A stretch of DNA of 64,000 nucleotides from Octopus sinensis. Lineage: Eukaryota. The stretch is from positions 178,374,001-178,438,000 of the forward strand of contig NC_042998.1 in the NCBI RefSeq assembly GCF_006345805.1, in the 5' to 3' direction. Under the pieces are notes generated by a model. That model had not been told where the DNA came from and searched no databases. It was given only the letters and a program-made list of their open reading frames with translations. Positions within the stretch are counted from its first letter, which is position 1. The number at the start of each line of letters is the position of its first letter. Below are positions 54,101-63,535 of the stretch, one piece after another. Both the position numbers and the translations under genes were made by a program.

Positions 54101-54461
54101 AACAGTATTATTTCTGGTACAAATATTTCATGTTTTGTGCTTTCAGAACTCATTAATATAAAAAAAGTTCTTTGAAGTTTATTTAGTCTGAACAGAATTC
54201 AAATTAAAGGAAAACCTGAAAGACAGAAATAATGGCAATATTAGTTCAAAGTTATTGTACTGATATACACATGCAGACACACTTAAATGGCAATACAAAA
54301 TTGAGAGAAAGTGAAAAAAAAAAAACATATTTTAAAAATAAATAAAAAGTTACAAAATGAAGCAGTGTTGTAGACTAACATACCGATTGTAACCTGCGCA
54401 AACTACTGGAGGTTGATTGTGAGGAGTAGGAACCGGTAGGACTGGGGCTGCGGTAGCTTGA
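4169..54461 (-). CDS. ABLIM: Actin-binding LIM protein / UNC-115 / dematin family gene, 5'-incomplete, 12 coding exons in window (join of 54384-54461, 30798-30948, 29271-29318, 28017-28034, 27277-27456, 25628-25888, 21745-21837, 15825-15913, 11777-11882, 11600-11631, 5694-5765, 4169-4282)
   Basis: Every exon has AG/GT ends with compatible phases. The 1242 nt joined read without a stop until TAA at 4169-4171. The product has [42 protein letters not shown] and a C-terminal villin headpiece, the layout of the abLIM/UNC-115/dematin C-terminal half. Confidence 0.9.
4350..4557 (-). mobile_element. tRNA-derived SINE family A (gagctggcagaa head)
   Basis: Reverse complement: ggtgagctggcagaatgattagca...gagttcaaattt...gtaccagctgaacactgggg; (TCA/TTA)n tail runs to 4286. 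Confidence 0.85.
5112..5633 (+). mobile_element. RTE-tailed non-autonomous element (family C) with internal degenerate tandem units
   Basis: Ends ccaacccatgctagcatggaaagcggacattaaacgatgatgatg. Confidence 0.8.
5694..5765 (-). CDS. ABLIM: Headpiece N-half exon ([24 protein letters not shown])
   Basis: cttcttctatag|GTG ... GAG|gtaaat; 72 nt, phase 0/0. YPYE.L...LP.DVDR..LE headpiece motif. Confidence 0.95.
7641..7940 (+). mobile_element. Family C element
   Basis: Same 3' end (ggacgttaaacgatgatg). Confidence 0.8.
7941..8828 (+). mobile_element. Head-to-tail array of four family A SINEs
   Basis: Starts near 7941, 8147, 8411 and 8591; the first two and the last end in (ATT)n/(ATC)n-type tails. 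Confidence 0.85.
9040..10870 (-). mobile_element. Highly decayed CR1/L2/Jockey-like LINE
   Basis: [26 protein letters not shown] and LYTDDIT fragments in broken frames. Confidence 0.6.
10880..11042 (-). mobile_element. SINE family B 5' half
   Basis: Reverse complement of the family B head and core. Confidence 0.7.
11074..11216. repeat. Hairpin of two inverted RTE-tail SINE ends
   Basis: Arms of ~63 nt (11074-11137 / 11154-11216) with near-perfect complementarity and a 16-nt loop. Confidence 0.8.
11600..11631 (-). CDS. ABLIM: 32-nt exon ([11 protein letters not shown])
   Basis: gtatttcag|AT ... AAG|gtacta; phase 1/0, which exactly bridges the 106-nt exon and the headpiece exon. Confidence 0.75.
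11777..11882 (-). CDS. ABLIM: Exon ([35 protein letters not shown])
   Basis: ttttttcttatcag|AGA ... AGTG|gtaagg; 106 nt, phase 0/1. Confidence 0.8.
11932..12316 (+). mobile_element. SINE family B copy
   Basis: Colinear with 62175-62576. Confidence 0.8.
13033..13519. mobile_element. ~490-bp fold-back (MITE-like) element
   Basis: Left and right halves are diverged reverse complements around a 10-nt loop (13296-13305). The left arm has a 39-bp tandem duplication (13107, 13146). Confidence 0.75.
14126..14425 (-). mobile_element. Family C element
   Basis: catcatcatcc..agcgtctgctttccatgctggcatgggttgg start on the plus strand. Confidence 0.8.
15825..15913 (-). CDS. ABLIM: Exon ([29 protein letters not shown])
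   Basis: ttttcttttgcag|TT ... TTT|gtgagt; 89 nt, phase 1/0. PKPGYG motif. Confidence 0.9.
17015..17500 (+). mobile_element. SINE family B copy interrupted by a family A SINE (17177-17406)
   Basis: TSD agaaactgaaagaa at 17163-17176 and 17407-17420. Confidence 0.8.
17831..18748 (+). mobile_element. hAT (Charlie/Buster-type) transposon 3' relic: transposase C-terminal dimerisation region plus right TIR
   Basis: Translates [11 protein letters not shown]...[15 protein letters not shown]...DLRLKL...HQTHGSH* (stop 18326-18328). Ends aaaagtttgggaaacactg followed by atgtagac. Confidence 0.85.
18004..18187 (+). repeat. 4 x 46-bp tandem duplication inside the transposase relic
   Basis: Unit acttttgcttgccttccctacctcatacctggttgaatctggtttt starts at 18004, 18050, 18096 and 18142. 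Confidence 0.95.
18888..19172. repeat. (ATT)n-derived minisatellite
   Basis: ttaaaattatggttattaa repeats four times inside ATT/ATC tracts. Confidence 0.9.
21745..21837 (-). CDS. ABLIM: Exon ([31 protein letters not shown]); an alternative in-frame donor would end it at 21778
   Basis: ttttgttttttcag|CG acceptor. Donors CAT|gtaggt (60 nt) and CAG|gtgtgt (93 nt) are both phase 1. Confidence 0.85.
22540..24850 (-). mobile_element. Decayed RTE-clade LINE (reverse transcriptase region)
   Basis: Broken translations [25 protein letters not shown]..., [49 protein letters not shown]. Confidence 0.85.
23646..24177. mobile_element. Non-autonomous hAT (Charlie-type) element with 8-bp TSD, inserted in an RTE LINE
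   Basis: TIRs taggggtgggaaaac / gttttcccaaacctg; flanks gtctaaat / ttctaaat. Confidence 0.8.
25628..25888 (-). CDS. ABLIM: Exon ([17 protein letters not shown]...[28 protein letters not shown])
   Basis: tttctatttaaag|TG ... GCTT|gtaagt; 261 nt, phase 1/1; core of ORF 25530-25916. Confidence 0.95.
27277..27456 (-). CDS. ABLIM: Exon ([60 protein letters not shown])
   Basis: ctttttctcaaag|CA ... ATAA|gtaagt; 180 nt, phase 1/1. Dematin/abLIM-type [11 protein letters not shown] motif. Confidence 0.95.
28017..28034 (-). CDS. ABLIM: 18-nt microexon (GGMMQL)
   Basis: cttttatttttttttag|GAGGAATGATGCAGTTAG|gtaaat; phase 1/1, frame-preserving, strong pyrimidine tract. Confidence 0.75.
28219..28468 (-). 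mobile_element. Family C element; further fragments at ~10270-10535, 12540-12757, 12960-13007, 13605-13810, 17790-17830 and 28700-28826
   Basis: Shared tttccatgctagcatgggttggacg / ggatgcc motifs. Confidence 0.75.
29271..29318 (-). CDS. ABLIM: 48-nt exon ([16 protein letters not shown])
   Basis: ctttcttcttttcattccag|AT ... CAAG|gtatgt; phase 1/1. Confidence 0.85.
30320..30701 (-). mobile_element. Young tRNA-derived SINE with a perfect 15-bp TSD
   Basis: Head ggaggtgcaatggcccagtggttaaggcagcgg...ggtttcgattccc (A/B boxes). TSD actaagcaagattat at 30305-30319 and 30702-30716; CpGs retained. Confidence 0.9.
30798..30948 (-). CDS. ABLIM: Exon ([50 protein letters not shown])
   Basis: ttttaattttag|GAT ... 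CCAG|gtatga; 151 nt, phase 0/1. Confidence 0.9.
33223..33597 (+). mobile_element. 3' relic of an RLE-type (HERO/NeSL-like) non-LTR retrotransposon
   Basis: [29 protein letters not shown] / [22 protein letters not shown] / [15 protein letters not shown]. This fits the PD-(D/E)xK endonuclease C-terminus pattern, with stops and a deletion. Confidence 0.7.
33790..35265 (+). mobile_element. Decayed RTE-clade LINE (APE endonuclease to RT)
   Basis: [26 protein letters not shown]; [38 protein letters not shown]. Confidence 0.85.
36004..36085 (-). ncRNA. Inverted sister copy of the hammerhead motif, helix III mutated
   Basis: Reverse complement reads catc-CTGACGA-...-ctcc-GAAA-caacccg-TA-gatg. Confidence 0.5.
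36222..36303 (+). ncRNA. Type I hammerhead ribozyme motif (Penelope-type, minimal helix III)
   Basis: catc-CTGACGA-ggggagtgtcaatt/aattggcgc(g)tctcc helix II-GAAA-cggcccg-TA-gatg. Core boxes intact, helix I catc/gatg, predicted GUA cleavage after 36299. Confidence 0.7.
36530..36735 (+). mobile_element. 3' part of another interspersed repeat with an (AAT)n tail
   Basis: GC-richer gggcccccacctgcaaggtcatg...ctctctcactcaataatagcaataat block; family not identified. Confidence 0.45.
50640..51195. repeat. Long compound (TA)n/(TACA) microsatellite with a higher-order ~55-60-bp period
   Basis: The catctatatatgt landmark recurs at roughly 55-60 nt spacing between 50690 and 50875. Confidence 0.9.
51208..51493. 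mobile_element. ~285-bp fold-back (MITE-like) element
   Basis: aaggttagaagcaatgaaggaattgttccttagtttattta ... taaataaactaaggaacaaatccttcatttcttctaacctt; arms ~120 nt, loop ~43 nt. Confidence 0.7.
54384..54461 (-). CDS. ABLIM: Ser-rich exon ([26 protein letters not shown]), the most 5' coding exon found
   Basis: tgtttgtgtttttacag|TCA ... TCG|gtatgt; 78 nt, phase 0/0; GC-richer than its flanks. Confidence 0.75.
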
Positions 54462-56064
54462 CTGTAAAAACACAAACAGGCAACAAAAAAACATAAAAAA
54501 GCATGCATTAAAAATATGGTGTAAAAGTGTACGAAAGAGTAATGGCCCACCAAAGTGCTTGGTTCCTTGTTTGATAGTGATTTGCTCACAGCTGTGTGGA
54601 TAAAGTTCAGACACTGAAAGTCAGCAAGTCTTTAACATTTAACACTGAACAGATGAAATACTGTGTTTTGTAATCTTGTTTTAAATATCTAATTAGAAGT
54701 GCTCGGCCAAAATTAAATATGAAGCAACTAAAATGTAAGCTTCTGAGAAGGACTTATATGGAAAATATTGTACACATGTAGTTGTGGCCACCATTCAAAA
54801 TGGTGTTAGAGAAGAAGGTAGAACATTGTTCTTAATCATATCTTAAGGATATAAAATTCTTCTAATCTTCTCAGCAAATATTTTATTGAGAAGGTGCTAT
54901 AAAAAGGAGTAGAGAATGTTATCATAGAATTGCTGTTCTCTTTGAAGATATTGTCCAAAGAAGGATCTGAAAATGTGATAGAAGAGTTAAAAATCTATTT
55001 TCTTTTTTCTCTCAAGAAATATGAGAATACAACTCATGTTTCTTGTAGAATCTTCTAATACAATAGTGTACAAATGTCTGATAAGGAACTGTTTATATTT
55101 TATAACTGTATTTTCACTAAATGATGACTCTACCTCATGTTTTTGGTAGAATTTGTCAATATTTAGCAGAGTTCAAGCTAATAGCTAGTCCTTCTAACAT
55201 TTTCTGAATAAATAGTTTGAGTATCAGACTAGACTGAATAACTGAACTGCAATTAGACAGCTTCCAGTTTGGTGATTAAATCCTTACAAGGTTAGACTTC
55301 TGTCATCTTTCAAAGAGATTATAAAATAAGTACCAGTAATATAACAGGGAGAAGTAGACATCCTAATTATGTCTAGTAAAAGCAAAAACTAAGGAATGTT
55401 CATATGTTATGAGGAAAGTTCCTTCACAGCATACTCACGAATCTTATTCTTTTTGCTTATTTAACTCCAGCCAAGTCGGATAAACATTATTCTTCTAGAA
55501 ATCTAATAAGTATTTACAGTTACAGCTGTATCTAATAAACTATGTTTGCAGGATCACTTAAGTATTAGATGAACAAGTTCCGTGTTCATTTGTTCTCTGA
55601 TAACCAGAACATGAGGACAGAAAGACCACCCAAAATATGAATAGTAGAAAGGGAACATATTGTGACTCAGAAAATACATTAAACATGTGTTTTCAGAGCA
55701 ATACTGCAAGCTGTCCAGAAATTTACTTATTATTTTAAAGAAGTGAGAACTTACACTACTAAAGATGTGAAGTATAGATGATTCATTCAACCCCCATATA
55801 CTGCTTCTTATAGCTTCACAAATGGTTTTCTATGCTAATATGATTAAAGCAGTTTTAGGTGGTTGTGTGAAGAGGCTTGGTGCCTCTTGACCATAAAGTA
55901 GGTGTGCAACTTGATATCTTGATGAGATACTCTCTAATGCAGCAATACAAGAATCATAGTTTCTTCTTCCCTTTTCACTGTCCCTCATCATTCCTGCAAA
56001 CCCTGTGAGGTCTTAGCAGGGCTATCCTGTCTCTTTTGACCAAACTATTTATAGTTTAAACAGA

Positions 56065-56590
56065 AATTAGCTCAGAGAAATAACTTAAAGTAACCTGTAG
56101 CATATATATGAACAACACAAATACAGGTATATGAAGTACTATACAATACAAATTCTTGATTTATAAAAGCTATCACCATCTCTAGGCAATGTGTCACAAT
56201 TATCAAATGGCAACTGACAGCTCCATGTGAGAAAGAAAGACAATCTCAGGAATCAAGAATTCTCCAAGTTAGTATACCATTAAGGAAAAAGAAGGCTTAT
56301 TGTCTGAAGATATGAGAGCAACAGGGGACATGTTTCTATCACAAAAGGTGTTATCAACATGACATTTGTCCTCATTTATCTCTAGCAGCCAAGGGACTTA
56401 TACAAAAAGGATTAGAATACATTTATGGCTTATGTAATTTGCATAATTTAAACAAAAATGAGCTAAGAGAAATAACTGAGAGTGACCAGTGCCATGTACA
56501 TGAATAACATAGACAAATACAGGCATATCAAATACCATACAATATAAATTCTTGATATATTAAAGCTACCTCTGCCTCTAAGGGATGTGT
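56065..56590 (+). repeat. Diverged ~130-bp direct repeat pair (56065-56195, 56457-56590)
   Basis: agagaaataact...caaatacagg.atat...atacaat..aaattcttgat...aaagcta in both copies. Confidence 0.7.
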
Positions 56591-57266
56591 TATTACTGGT
56601 TCTTTTTGTATTAATTTTCAATGAGATGAAGAAGAAGATTAGCTCTGCAGGATTTAGATTCTTTTATGATAAAGTGGAAGTATATCCATCATCATCAACA
56701 CCACCATCTTCCTAGTCTGCTAGTTTCTTCTAAATAAATATTATCTGACAAAATAATCAACTTAGTAAAATCAAAGTACTTTCAGTAGCCATGGTGGAAA
56801 CAAAACCAAAAAAAAAAAAGTGCAGTGAAAATAAACCAAGGATATAAATCAAATACACAACAGCAAGAACAACAATTAAAGATTGCAACAATAATAACAA
56901 TAAACAGGTAATCAAAATTATCAAATTAGATGGATTTAATGTTAATTCAAGAAATTAACTTCAAGGACGGGAAGGCAAAATGGGAAGGAAGTTAGAGAAG
57001 TGTGGTGATATACAACAGATTTTATACAGTAAATATATTTACATAGAAAATATATATCCAGAATCTTACCTCTTTCTCTCTCTCTCTCTCTCTTTGTCCT
57101 TCCTTTTACAAACAATGTACACACACACAGAAGCTTATAAAATGTATGTACCCCCCCGGATCTCTCGTGCAAATGTACAGAAATGTATACAAACACACAA
57201 AAACGTTTACTTCTGAACCCAGCTGTCTCAATCACACACAAATATAAATGGAACATCTGTAACCTT

Positions 57267-57299
<33 letters not shown>

Positions 57300-58324
57300 A
57301 CAATATGTGTGTGTGTATGTTGTGTGTGTGTGAGTGTCTGCATTTGCCAACCAAATAAATACAAGTGCACAAAATCTAATGTCTGAAGACATCTTAAAAT
57401 CATAGAATCAGTAAATATGTCAACTGCAAGAAATAACGGCAATACATTAACTAAAAATTCACTCCAGCCAAATTCAGTAGTCGTTTTCTGTTACATGACT
57501 CACACTGCACTAATGCAAAAGAATTAATTGTATTTATTACAAACTAATCTATACTCAATGAAAGGCATTTCAGCTGTCACCATACCACCATTTTAAAACT
57601 GGGTTATAATTTGAGGGAGATAAAATAGTTATTTCTGGTAGTTCTAAGGGTGACATATAGGCTCCTTTATCAATTCATAATATTCAGTACATGAGACATG
57701 TGCTTCAACATGACATCACTGTGACATATTTCTCAAATGTTGTAGTACAATATACCAGTTATATTTAATTTATTTAATGCTAAAGACAATGTTCTTTGAA
57801 TTCATTTACAACCAAGATACACCAAAATTTTGAAGAATTATATAACAAACAATAATAAAGAAATTTCTGTAAATACCATTTTTTTTCCTGAATATAGGCT
57901 TGTATAACATCAATGGTGATGCTAAGATAGAAAATCTGAGGTAGAAGAGCATGTCCTACAATGTTTCTAGGCCCTCTTAAGCTGAGAGGAAGAGTCATAG
58001 AAGCAATTATTTGAGGTTAATGTACTACTTAACGTTTGGGTTCAACTGTGATAGGATGGTGGTTGGGAGATGGGAAATGAGTATGAGAATACTAGAATTA
58101 GGCAAAGTGTTTGGTATGAGATTTGAAGAAAAGGAAACAGTAATGAAGAATGAGAAGAATTTCAAACTCTAGTTGTTATTTCTAGTTTCTTAGAATCTAA
58201 CAGCTGAGAACTAATTTTCTCCTGGATAAAATGTCAGTCTATCACAGGTAAAAACAAAATCCAGGTAATCTGCTACTTATTTTAACAACTAGATGGACAG
58301 AAACAATGGGCACTAGGAATGTGG

Positions 58325-58371
58325 CCTTAGAACCAAGTGGGTGGCAGCCTGAAAAAGTTTGGGAACCACTG
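58325..58371 (+). mobile_element. hAT terminal fragment
   Basis: aaaaagtttgggaaccactg followed by ctctacaa, similar to the TIR at 18730-18748. Confidence 0.5.
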
Positions 58372-58689
58372 CTCTACAAGCAGACAGTCTTTATTCAAGC
58401 TTTTCCATGAATTTAGGTAAGAGATGTGTAGAACTGAATTCAAACTTTAGAAGAGACAAGAGGCAGACACAGTTCAATGAAGAGATAAATGATTGCAAAA
58501 TTGGTGAATGAAGGCTTTTCTATCTAGTAGCTGGCTATTTCAAGTGATATAGTTGAAAATGTGGGAAGAGATAAGTAGGCAAACCATAGCCTCAGGTATA
58601 GAGCTTGCTTATACATTTTTAAATGCTAACAGCTATTTAAAACTGAAATATTTCCTAGGCATGGAGAAGAAACATGCATATGTGATGCC

Positions 58690-58915
58690 TTCATAGATAT
58701 ACGAAGATAAAACCCCATGAAAAGTCATACGGAACGCCATGATAGATCATTAGCTCCAACATGCATTTTTTTCCTGTGTATCTTTCTGTCGAAGAGCGTA
58801 GGCTCGAAACATAAAAGACTTGTTCTATTTCTATTCCTGAGCGCCATACTAATACATTTGTTTGTTTGTACTCCACCTGCCTTCGTCTTTTGTTTATTTC
58901 CATAAACCTTCCCGT
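58690..58915 (+). mobile_element. Penelope-like terminal fragment with a decayed minimal hammerhead (58781-58818)
   Basis: tcttt-CTGTCGA-a-GAGC gtag GCTC-GAAA-CATA-aaaga; CpG-rich relative to its flanks. Confidence 0.45.
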
Positions 58916-59344
58916 TATATATATATGTGTGTGTGTGTGTGATGCTTTCTGTTTTATATTCACATGAGCGTAAAGGGAACAAAATAAATTTTATGCAGTG
59001 TGGTGTGTTCCCTTGAGATAATATGGCCTGTTTACCTGATGATAAGTTGATAGTAACAGGAAGTATTAACAGTTTCTAGTCTACAATAAAACATCAATGA
59101 TACAGATGAACACATTGGAGTTGGCTGTTCAAGCATGGAATTGCTCTCACAGTAGTGTAATAGCTGTACTCTAAGTGATTTATTTGGGTCAATGTTTATA
59201 GAGATGGGCTTTTGAAATTACTTTTAAGACTTTCCTGTCTATCACATACACAAAAACAAGATTACACACATAAGCACACACATATACACATGTGTGTATG
59301 TGTATGCACACGTGCACACACACAAAGTAGTAAAAACAGTATAA

Positions 59345-59945
59345 CCATTTTCATTCATATACCAGCTTTTCCATACTTGCTTTGGTCTTCTCTATCACAG
59401 AACTCTGCCACTTGTTATGATTCTTTGTCATTTACTCCATGAAGTTCAATCTCATGAGATCAGTTTTCACTTTTTCTACCTATGTTTTCCTTGGTCTTCT
59501 TCTTCTGCAGGTTCCTTCCATTTGGATCACTCAGCACTTCTTACTCACCTACTGTCTATCATATGCTTGTGTTGGTCTTCTGATATATGACCTTTAGCAA
59601 ATGACAAGACTGGCTTTTGAAAGTGTAAATGTGACCGCAGTCAGTGCATGTGAAATTATCTCCTGATCTACCAGAGACTTTCAACTGCCTGCAGGTTTCA
59701 GGTATTACATTTCACTGTTTGACAGACAATCAAATCTTGTATATTTTTCTCAAAATACATGCTGATCTTAATTACAGACTACCATTCACTTCTCTTCAAT
59801 GTTCAAGGACATAAGGTTATCTTTTGTGATGCTGTGAAATCTCTCTTTTAGGGTTTGTGCTGGTGACACTGACTAACTAATTTGCTATAAAGACTTTGGA
59901 AGTCTGAAATCATCAAGACTGGATGGCAGGAACAATCCTTTACAC
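59345..59945 (-). mobile_element. LINE 3'-end relics (RTE-like C-termini)
   Basis: EGTCRRRRPRKT.VEKVKTDL; RLPKSL; FTCTDCGH zinc-knuckle-like remnant. Confidence 0.55.
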
Positions 59946-60005
59946 ATGTTATTTGATAGGCCAGCTTACACACACACACAAGTACACACTCAAAGACACA
60001 CACAT

Positions 60006-60470
60006 AAGGCAGTGAACTGACAGAATCGTTGACACATCGTACAAAACATTAGCTGCATTTCTTCCAATTCTTTATGTACTGACCTCAAATCCCACCAGGG
60101 TCTTTTATCTTCTGTTCGTTTGGGGTCAGTAAAATAAAGTACCAGTTTAGTACTGGGCTCAGTGTAACCAACTTACCCCTTCCCCCTAAAACTGCTGGCC
60201 TTGTGTCATCGTGGTTGTGTAGTAAGTAGTTTGCTTCTCAACTACATGGTTTCAGTTTCAGTCCCACTGTGTGGTACCTTAGGCAAGTATTTTCTACTAT
60301 AGCCTCAAGCTGACCAAAACCTTGTGAGTGGATTTGGTAGATGAAAACTGAAAGAAGCCGGTCATATATGTGCGTGTGTGTTTGTCTTTATGTCTGTTAC
60401 CCCATCATTGCTTGACTACTGGTAGTGGTGTAATAATGTCCATGTAAATTAGTGGTTTGGTATAAGAGAG
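60006..60470 (+). mobile_element. Family A SINE directly followed by a family B SINE
   Basis: gaactgacagaatcgtt head at ~60012; gtggttgtgtagtaagtag head at ~60210. Confidence 0.75.
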
Positions 60471-61118
60471 ACCACCACCCATTAGGGTCTGAAGAAACAC
60501 CATAAAGCTAAGTGCTCTATGGATGTGAAACCCAGGGTAAGTCCATAAACCAGCCATAGGCATCTTTATATCTAATTACTCTACTGATCTATAACTTGGA
60601 GTGTACTTCTCTTTCAGGATTTATGATTTACTGATATAAAACACACACTTGTGTCTGTGCACACATGTATATGTGGATGAAAGCTAATGAAGCATTGTGA
60701 TGGTGGGAATATCTTTGATATGAACAGGCCTGAGAGAGTGTTAGGTCATAGAGATAGGAAGGGGGTGAAAGTAAGGAAGCCTGGGAGGAGGGGAAGATGA
60801 TGATGATGATGATGATGGCAGAAAAAGTGGGGTCACAAGGGTTTAGTGAGAGAGGGAAGAGGGAAAACAGAAGCAACTTGTTTAGAAATCTTGGAAGTAG
60901 ACTTAGGAAGTATCCACTTCAACAGCAATGGAATATAAAATAAAAAATATGCCTAAACAAAAACAAAACAAAATACAACCTGATATCTCTCACTCTCATT
61001 TTTACCCACTCCACACAGTTCACTACCCCGCCTAACTAGGAAGGCCTATTTTTGTTCTTATTTTGTTTATTTATCCGTTTATGTGTGTTTGTTTTTCACA
61101 ACCACCGCAACTATAACC

Positions 61119-61348
61119 AGCCAGACAAAATGCAAAATGCTCAGAACAAATGGCTATAGTTTTACTTAATAAGCTTCATCACACACACACACACACACAC
61201 GAGCACACATGCACGCACACACACACAAGTGTGTGTGTGTGTGTGTGTTTGTGTGTGTGTGTATACACTACTACTACACACACACATGATGAAGCTTATT
61301 AAGTAAAACTATAGTTATTTGTTTGAGTACTTTGCATTTTGTCTGGCT
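61119..61348. repeat. Inverted repeat enclosing (CA)n/(GT)n tracts
   Basis: 61119-61181 is complementary to 61287-61348, and the inner CA and GT tracts are also complementary. Confidence 0.75.
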
Positions 61349-62174
61349 ACTAGTAGTAGTAGTCACAGTAGTAGTAGTAGTAACTGTGGTTATTGTTGTT
61401 GTTGTTGCTGCGGCAGTGTTATCACCACCACCACCATCGCAACAACAAATGACCTACTTCAAGCTAAACATAATTGTAACATTCTCCCTACTACCTACTA
61501 CAGCTTTCTTCACAGACTCAGTGGAGAATGCAATGAAGAAAATAGTTTCAGAACCAAACAAAATAATCTGTAATTTTTATTAAAAATCTTCACTGGATTG
61601 TAATGGAAACAAAATGGAATTTTGCAAGAAACCTTACAACTCTTATATTGTTATATTTTTTTATCTGAATGCCTTGGTTTATTTCTTTTTGTTTGCTTTC
61701 TTTTTCATTTCATTTGTCTTTTTTTTTAGTTGTTTTTATGGTCCAAGTTTTAAAAACAAAAAAAAAAAAAGTGTTGTTGTTAAGTAGTTCTCAATCCTCT
61801 CATCTTCAGCTCTCCTAGATCAAGCAGAACTATGGTCTAAAAGAAGGCTGATGATGCTTCTATCTGTTGTTATCTAGTCTTTGTTTCGAGATATGCTATC
61901 TTAAGATTTAGCATTTAATAAAACAGGTGTCTACTACAAAGCTTATTGGAAGATTTTTAATGAATACTTAGAATCTAGATCAATAAACCACAATGTAAAA
62001 ATAAAAAACCTCCTTTGTTAACTTTCTTAATATCATAACGACTGTTAAATATCTTACAATGCCAAATACTTCAATGTTTTGACTGAGAATTCTTCATTCA
62101 ATAGACCATATTTCTCTGTCTATACGGTACACTGCAATAAAGCATCTAAATTATTATCTCGACAACAATACAAT

Positions 62175-62576
62175 AGGCGCAGGAGTGGCTGTGTGGTAAG
62201 TAGCTTGCTAACCAACCACATGGTTCCGGGTTCAGTCCCACTGCGTGGCATCTTGGGCAAGTGTCTTCTGCTATAGCCCCGGGCCGACCAATGCCTTGTG
62301 AGTGGATTTGGTAGACGGAAACTGAAAGAAGCCTGTCGTATATATATATATATGTATGTGTGTGTGTTTGTGTGTCTGTGTTTGTCCCCCTAGCATTGCT
62401 TGACAACCGATGCTGGTGTGTTTACGTCCCCGTCACTTAGCGGTTCAGCAAAAGAGACCGATAGAATAAGTACTGGGCTTACAAAGAATAAGTCCCAGGG
62501 TCGATTTGCTCGACTAAAGGCGGTGCTCCAGCATGGCCGCAGTCAAATGACTGAAACAAGTAAAAGAGTAAAAGAG
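62175..62576 (+). mobile_element. Full-length tRNA-derived SINE (family B; central domain resembles the MetaSINE type)
   Basis: gtggctgtgtggtaag...ggttcagtccc head, ccttgtgagtggatttggtagacggaaactgaaagaagcc core, (taaaagag)2 tail. Confidence 0.85.
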
Positions 62577-62673
62577 TAATACTGATCATGTAAAATTGGC
62601 ATTACTAAATACGAGTTTTAGATCACAAAACTAGTGTGCTGAGATAGATGGAAGCTCTGTGAGTGCACAACAT

Positions 62674-63001
62674 GCTAGAAATAGCAACCAAATCACTCTA
62701 AAATCATAACATAGTATAATAAAACAAAAGAACCAACTGGATAACATAATCCTAGATGGCCTGAGAAGGATAAGATGGCCACCATTTCAATTATAGATCT
62801 GCTTAATCATGGTTGACTTGAAATTGATTTATGACCATTAAGTTAGACAAGTAAAATTTACATTGCTTACTAATTTATATCTGCTTTCAGAGTGCTCACA
62901 GACATAATCAGGCTATCTAGATTATAGATTATGTTATCCAATATGTCCTTTTTTTGTATATCAGATTGTAACTTTAGAGCGATTTGACTGCTATTTCTAG
63001 C
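62674..63001. mobile_element. MITE-like element with gctagaaatagca termini; family recurs in the window
   Basis: 62674-62763 is complementary to ~62908-63001. The related gctgctatttctag / ctagaaatagc motif also occurs near 6260, 29680, 31710, 38250 and 53010. Confidence 0.6.
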
Positions 63002-63319
63002 GTATTGTGCAACAACAGAGAGGGTCTCCTGAAATTCTCATGTGTTCGTGGTATCCATTGTCTAGATTGGAAAACAGTAAATGCCAGAAAAATGTTTTAT
63101 GGTATTTGGTTACATTCTAAATTAAAATTCCACCAATGATGGCAAAGGTCTAAACCATTGATATCTTCAGTGTCCATAAAATACATTGCAACTGTGAGAT
63201 ATATCCCATAAGCTTTGAACCATTTTTAACTTCGAATGAATAAAAGACAAATTTGACCTTAGAGTGGAGAGACACGGACCTAATACTCAACAATTTCTGT
63301 CATTCTCCTGTCTTGCGAT

Positions 63320-63535
63320 AATGGTTTCAAATGTTGGCACAAGGCCAACAATTTTAGATGAAGGGGTAAGTCAATTACATCAACCCCAGTGCCCAACTGG
63401 TACTTACTTTACCAACCCTGAAAGGATGAAAAGCACAGTTGATCTCAGTGGAATTTGAACTCAGAACATAAAGAGCCAGAAGAAATGCTGCTAAGCATTT
63501 TGCTCAACACACAAATATGCCAGCTCAATACCGTA
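63320..63535 (-). mobile_element. SINE family A copy
   Basis: Reverse complement of the family A consensus seen at 8147-8360. Confidence 0.75.

Noticed and set aside
57070-57427. Minus-strand segment with a strong acceptor (ttcttgcag) and donor (gag|gtaaga) inside ORF 56942-57442
   Set aside because: Microsatellite-laden, and it ends in phase 1, giving a stop when joined to the phase-0 exon at 54461. It could only be a non-coding exon, for which I have no evidence.
57504-57509. Possible 6-nt microexon (attag|TGCAGT|gtgagt)
   Set aside because: Weak acceptor; too short to distinguish from chance without reads.
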